Shown here: piece by piece, positions 61,520 to 64,000 of the stretch
How positions within the stretch are numbered: position 1 is the first letter of the stretch
Layout: each line of letters starts with the position of its first letter
NCBI GenBank assembly: GCA_032718475.1
Contig: JAUCBJ010006790.1
Coordinates: 1-64,000, forward strand
DNA length: 64,000 bases
Direction of reading: 5' to 3'
Source of the DNA: Nemertoderma westbladi
Taxonomy: Eukaryota > Animalia > Xenacoelomorpha
Made by a program: the position numbers and the translations under genes
The notes under the pieces: generated by a model
Told to the model about the DNA's origin: nothing
Seen by the model: only the letters and a program-made list of their open reading frames with translations
The model's database searches: none

Positions 61520-63000
61520 ACGGTATATTAAACTATTGCGGTATCACCAGCCCATAGTGGAGGACTTCAAACAACATTGGAAAGAGTGACTAGCGGAGAA
61601 TGTTCGAGTGTTAAAGATCACCGTTCGAGAGGATGTCGATAGGAAGAACTTGCACGCCCTGAAACTTTCCGGAGCTAGTACAAGCCTGAAAAGGATTCGG
61701 AAAGTAACGGAGGTGGATGGGCAGTGCTCATTCTGGGAGGCCTTCAAAGGAGCCGATGAGGAGACAAGCTGCATTATCTACGACAACAAGGGGAAGTCAA
61801 CTGCGGTTTCGAAGGAAGTCGAACTTAGGCGCTGCAGGAGTTCGTCAACAGTCACCCAAAGTTACTCAACTACTACACGGCGACCTTCGATAGTCGGAGG
61901 TATTGTGTTCCACGCGGGTAGAACATATAAAGTCTATGGAAGCCTACCAGGTGGAGTACAACTCACAGAACACCAAAGAACATCAAAGGTTGTAATCTTC
62001 GGCAACCTCGTGGGTTTAGTTTTAATCTGCCAAATTCCTCCACAATCCGAAGATAAACTGGTCGGAGCGTTATGGATCATACCCTCCGATATAAGAAACC
62101 GAATACTGCACGATGGGATCATCAAGATCGGCTCAGATATTAAGAGCAACCTACATAGCAACTTTATCGGTGCTCTGAAAGATCGTAAACGGAAACTGGA
62201 TGTCACCTTCCTAAAAAAATTCGTCGATACGCAAGTGTTGCTCGCCTGGATGAGACACGGTAACTGATGCAACAGTTCCGAGGCATTATGAAAAATAAGA
62301 CTAGCTTAGGGTATCTAGCTGTACTGAATGGCGGTATTGATTTCAAACCCTACCAGTTCCAGGAATACCTCTAATAATCTATCTCAGCCATGATGACCTA
62401 TTCGTTTCATCCAAGAAAGACCCGCGTTGGTGCGATGCAGAGTGGGACTGGTCAATGTACTACCAATGGGAAAACCCCAGCGAACGACACTACATATATG
62501 TCACTATGGAGTCGTTCACTGTCAGGACCCATGTCGGATGAGGAGGTAATGGTGGAGATAGAGTTACTTGGTGAGCCTGCAGTGGATCCATTCGAGGTAC
62601 CATCGGCTAAGCGAATATTCATCTTCGAGGGGAACACCGACGACTGATTTCATAGCCCGGCGAGATCCACCGACGACGCACAAACGCTTGATGTGTTCAA
62701 ATGGCAATGTAAGACAATGTCGCCATGCCGGCTACCGGAAGGAATGGGAATGGGAATGGGCAATGCCTAGTACGAGCCATCAGGATATAGAACCGATGAT
62801 GGTCCACGAGGGGCCTTTCCTACCACCGGCCCCCGAGGATATACTCGGCGTTTCTCGGATGGTTTACCAAGGGTAAACATTGGATTAAAAAGGCCATTGC
62901 CAGAACCCGTAACTGCCGAGGTGCCGCGCGACCCAATGAGACTTACATATTGGTATTTAGAACAAGCCAAATGGATACAGAGACAAATCGGTTTGATCCA
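61520..63000 (+). pseudogene. Degenerate homologue of the B extra ORF (exonuclease-like region)
   Basis: IIYDNKG ~ MFYDNEG; IPSDIRNRILHDGIIKIGSDIKSNL ~ LPKKVREAILNQDYVKVGSGVQSDL; FVDTQVLLAW ~ FVDTKLLLLW; KTSLGYLA..IDFK ~ KTGMGFIA..WDFK. Confidence 0.72.
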
Positions 63001-64000
63001 TATCGATTATGGAATGACCGACCTTATAACCTTATAATCTTATAATATGACTTCATAACCTTATTGAATTAATTATTATTATTAACTATTAAAACCTTAT
63101 TTTATTAACTAAACAAACAAACTAGCTTTTATAATCATAACAATATCTCACTTGATCATAATACATGAATTATATTTCACACATTGTCACACCTACCTTA
63201 AGATAGTGCTTCAATGTCTAGCTCACATTTCTATTAAGTTCTAGAACAATGTCAGTGAATCTACCTTTGACTAAAAATAAATGTAAAATTAAACGTTGGA
63301 TATATGCTAGATACTGTTTACAGTTAATAAGTTTGTGAAAAATTTTAAGTTAATATTTTTTTCTGTAGCGTGATGTTTGGTTTTTAACATATATACTGTA
63401 AGTTTATTATTTTTTACTAAAAAAATAGATGATTACAGCAGTCTCGCATTTACTGAAGAAATTTCATAAGCCAAAAAAAATTCATTCTTCTTGAAAAGCC
63501 ATTCATCTTGCCCTCCAATCAATCCCAAGGAGAGAAGCATAGCTGTTCGAAACTGGGTGGTTAAGAACATGTATGAAAGATGTTCGAATTACACAACCAG
63601 TATACACTTCTCAATCTGCTTCCCAAAAGAAGGGAACGGAACATCATAACACTAGAAAGGCTAGCAAGATTAACCAATGCAATCATCGTCGCACCAATTC
63701 ATTAGATAACCTTCCCTGCACAAAGCCTGTTGCTATTGAAATCGGCTGTGACAGTGAAGCACATAATAATATTAGGCTCAGGCAGCAGTTTATTTATCAA
63801 GAACCAAATCCGAGGAATCCCACTATGAATTCCCCGAAGACACAACCAAAGGAAACATCAACAGAGGCAATGAATATGACTCTGACAAAACTCAGCAAAG
63901 CTATGACATCATATGAATTCATTGAAACAGCCAGGGCGGAGAGCATCATGCAAAATCCAAAAGAAATTTTTGCTAGGTCCCTAGTGCCACTTGGCTTAGA

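Noticed and set aside
63480-64000. Coding-like stretch open to the window end
   Set aside because: Interrupted near 63647, truncated by the window and without a recognisable motif

Overview
This window is almost entirely AT-rich, transposon-dense eukaryotic (invertebrate-like) DNA. It is preceded by about 0.85 kb of GC-rich bacterial-type DNA carrying a GNAT acetyltransferase, probably a contig join or contaminant. Positions 1-16.8 kb hold decayed LINEs (L2-like, RTE-like), a TA-flanked MITE, Helitron/Helentron-like relics and minisatellites. The rest is two nested stacks. Stack 1: an old Bel/Pao element (C) is split by a minus-strand Bel/Pao element (A1, 18378-44079, TSD GTAAT). A1 contains a young plus-strand Bel/Pao element (B, 2.19-kb LTRs), which carries gag-pol, a Crypton-like tyrosine-recombinase insert and an extra 1146-aa ORF with a DnaQ/WRN-like 3'-5' exonuclease domain and three CCHC knuckles. 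Stack 2: a TIR DNA element (46446-61469) is split by a second minus-strand Bel/Pao element (A2, 47266-60483, TSD GTATT). A2 has a CR1-like fragment in one LTR and a four-copy, 341-bp hammerhead-ribozyme array (retrozyme/Penelope-like) in gag. The most notable observation is that none of the three Bel/Pao 5' LTRs is followed by a tRNA PBS. Each PBS position is instead complementary to a site within its own LTR, and the two sites co-vary between elements, which suggests Tf1-like self-priming. All calls are from manual reading; no searches were run.
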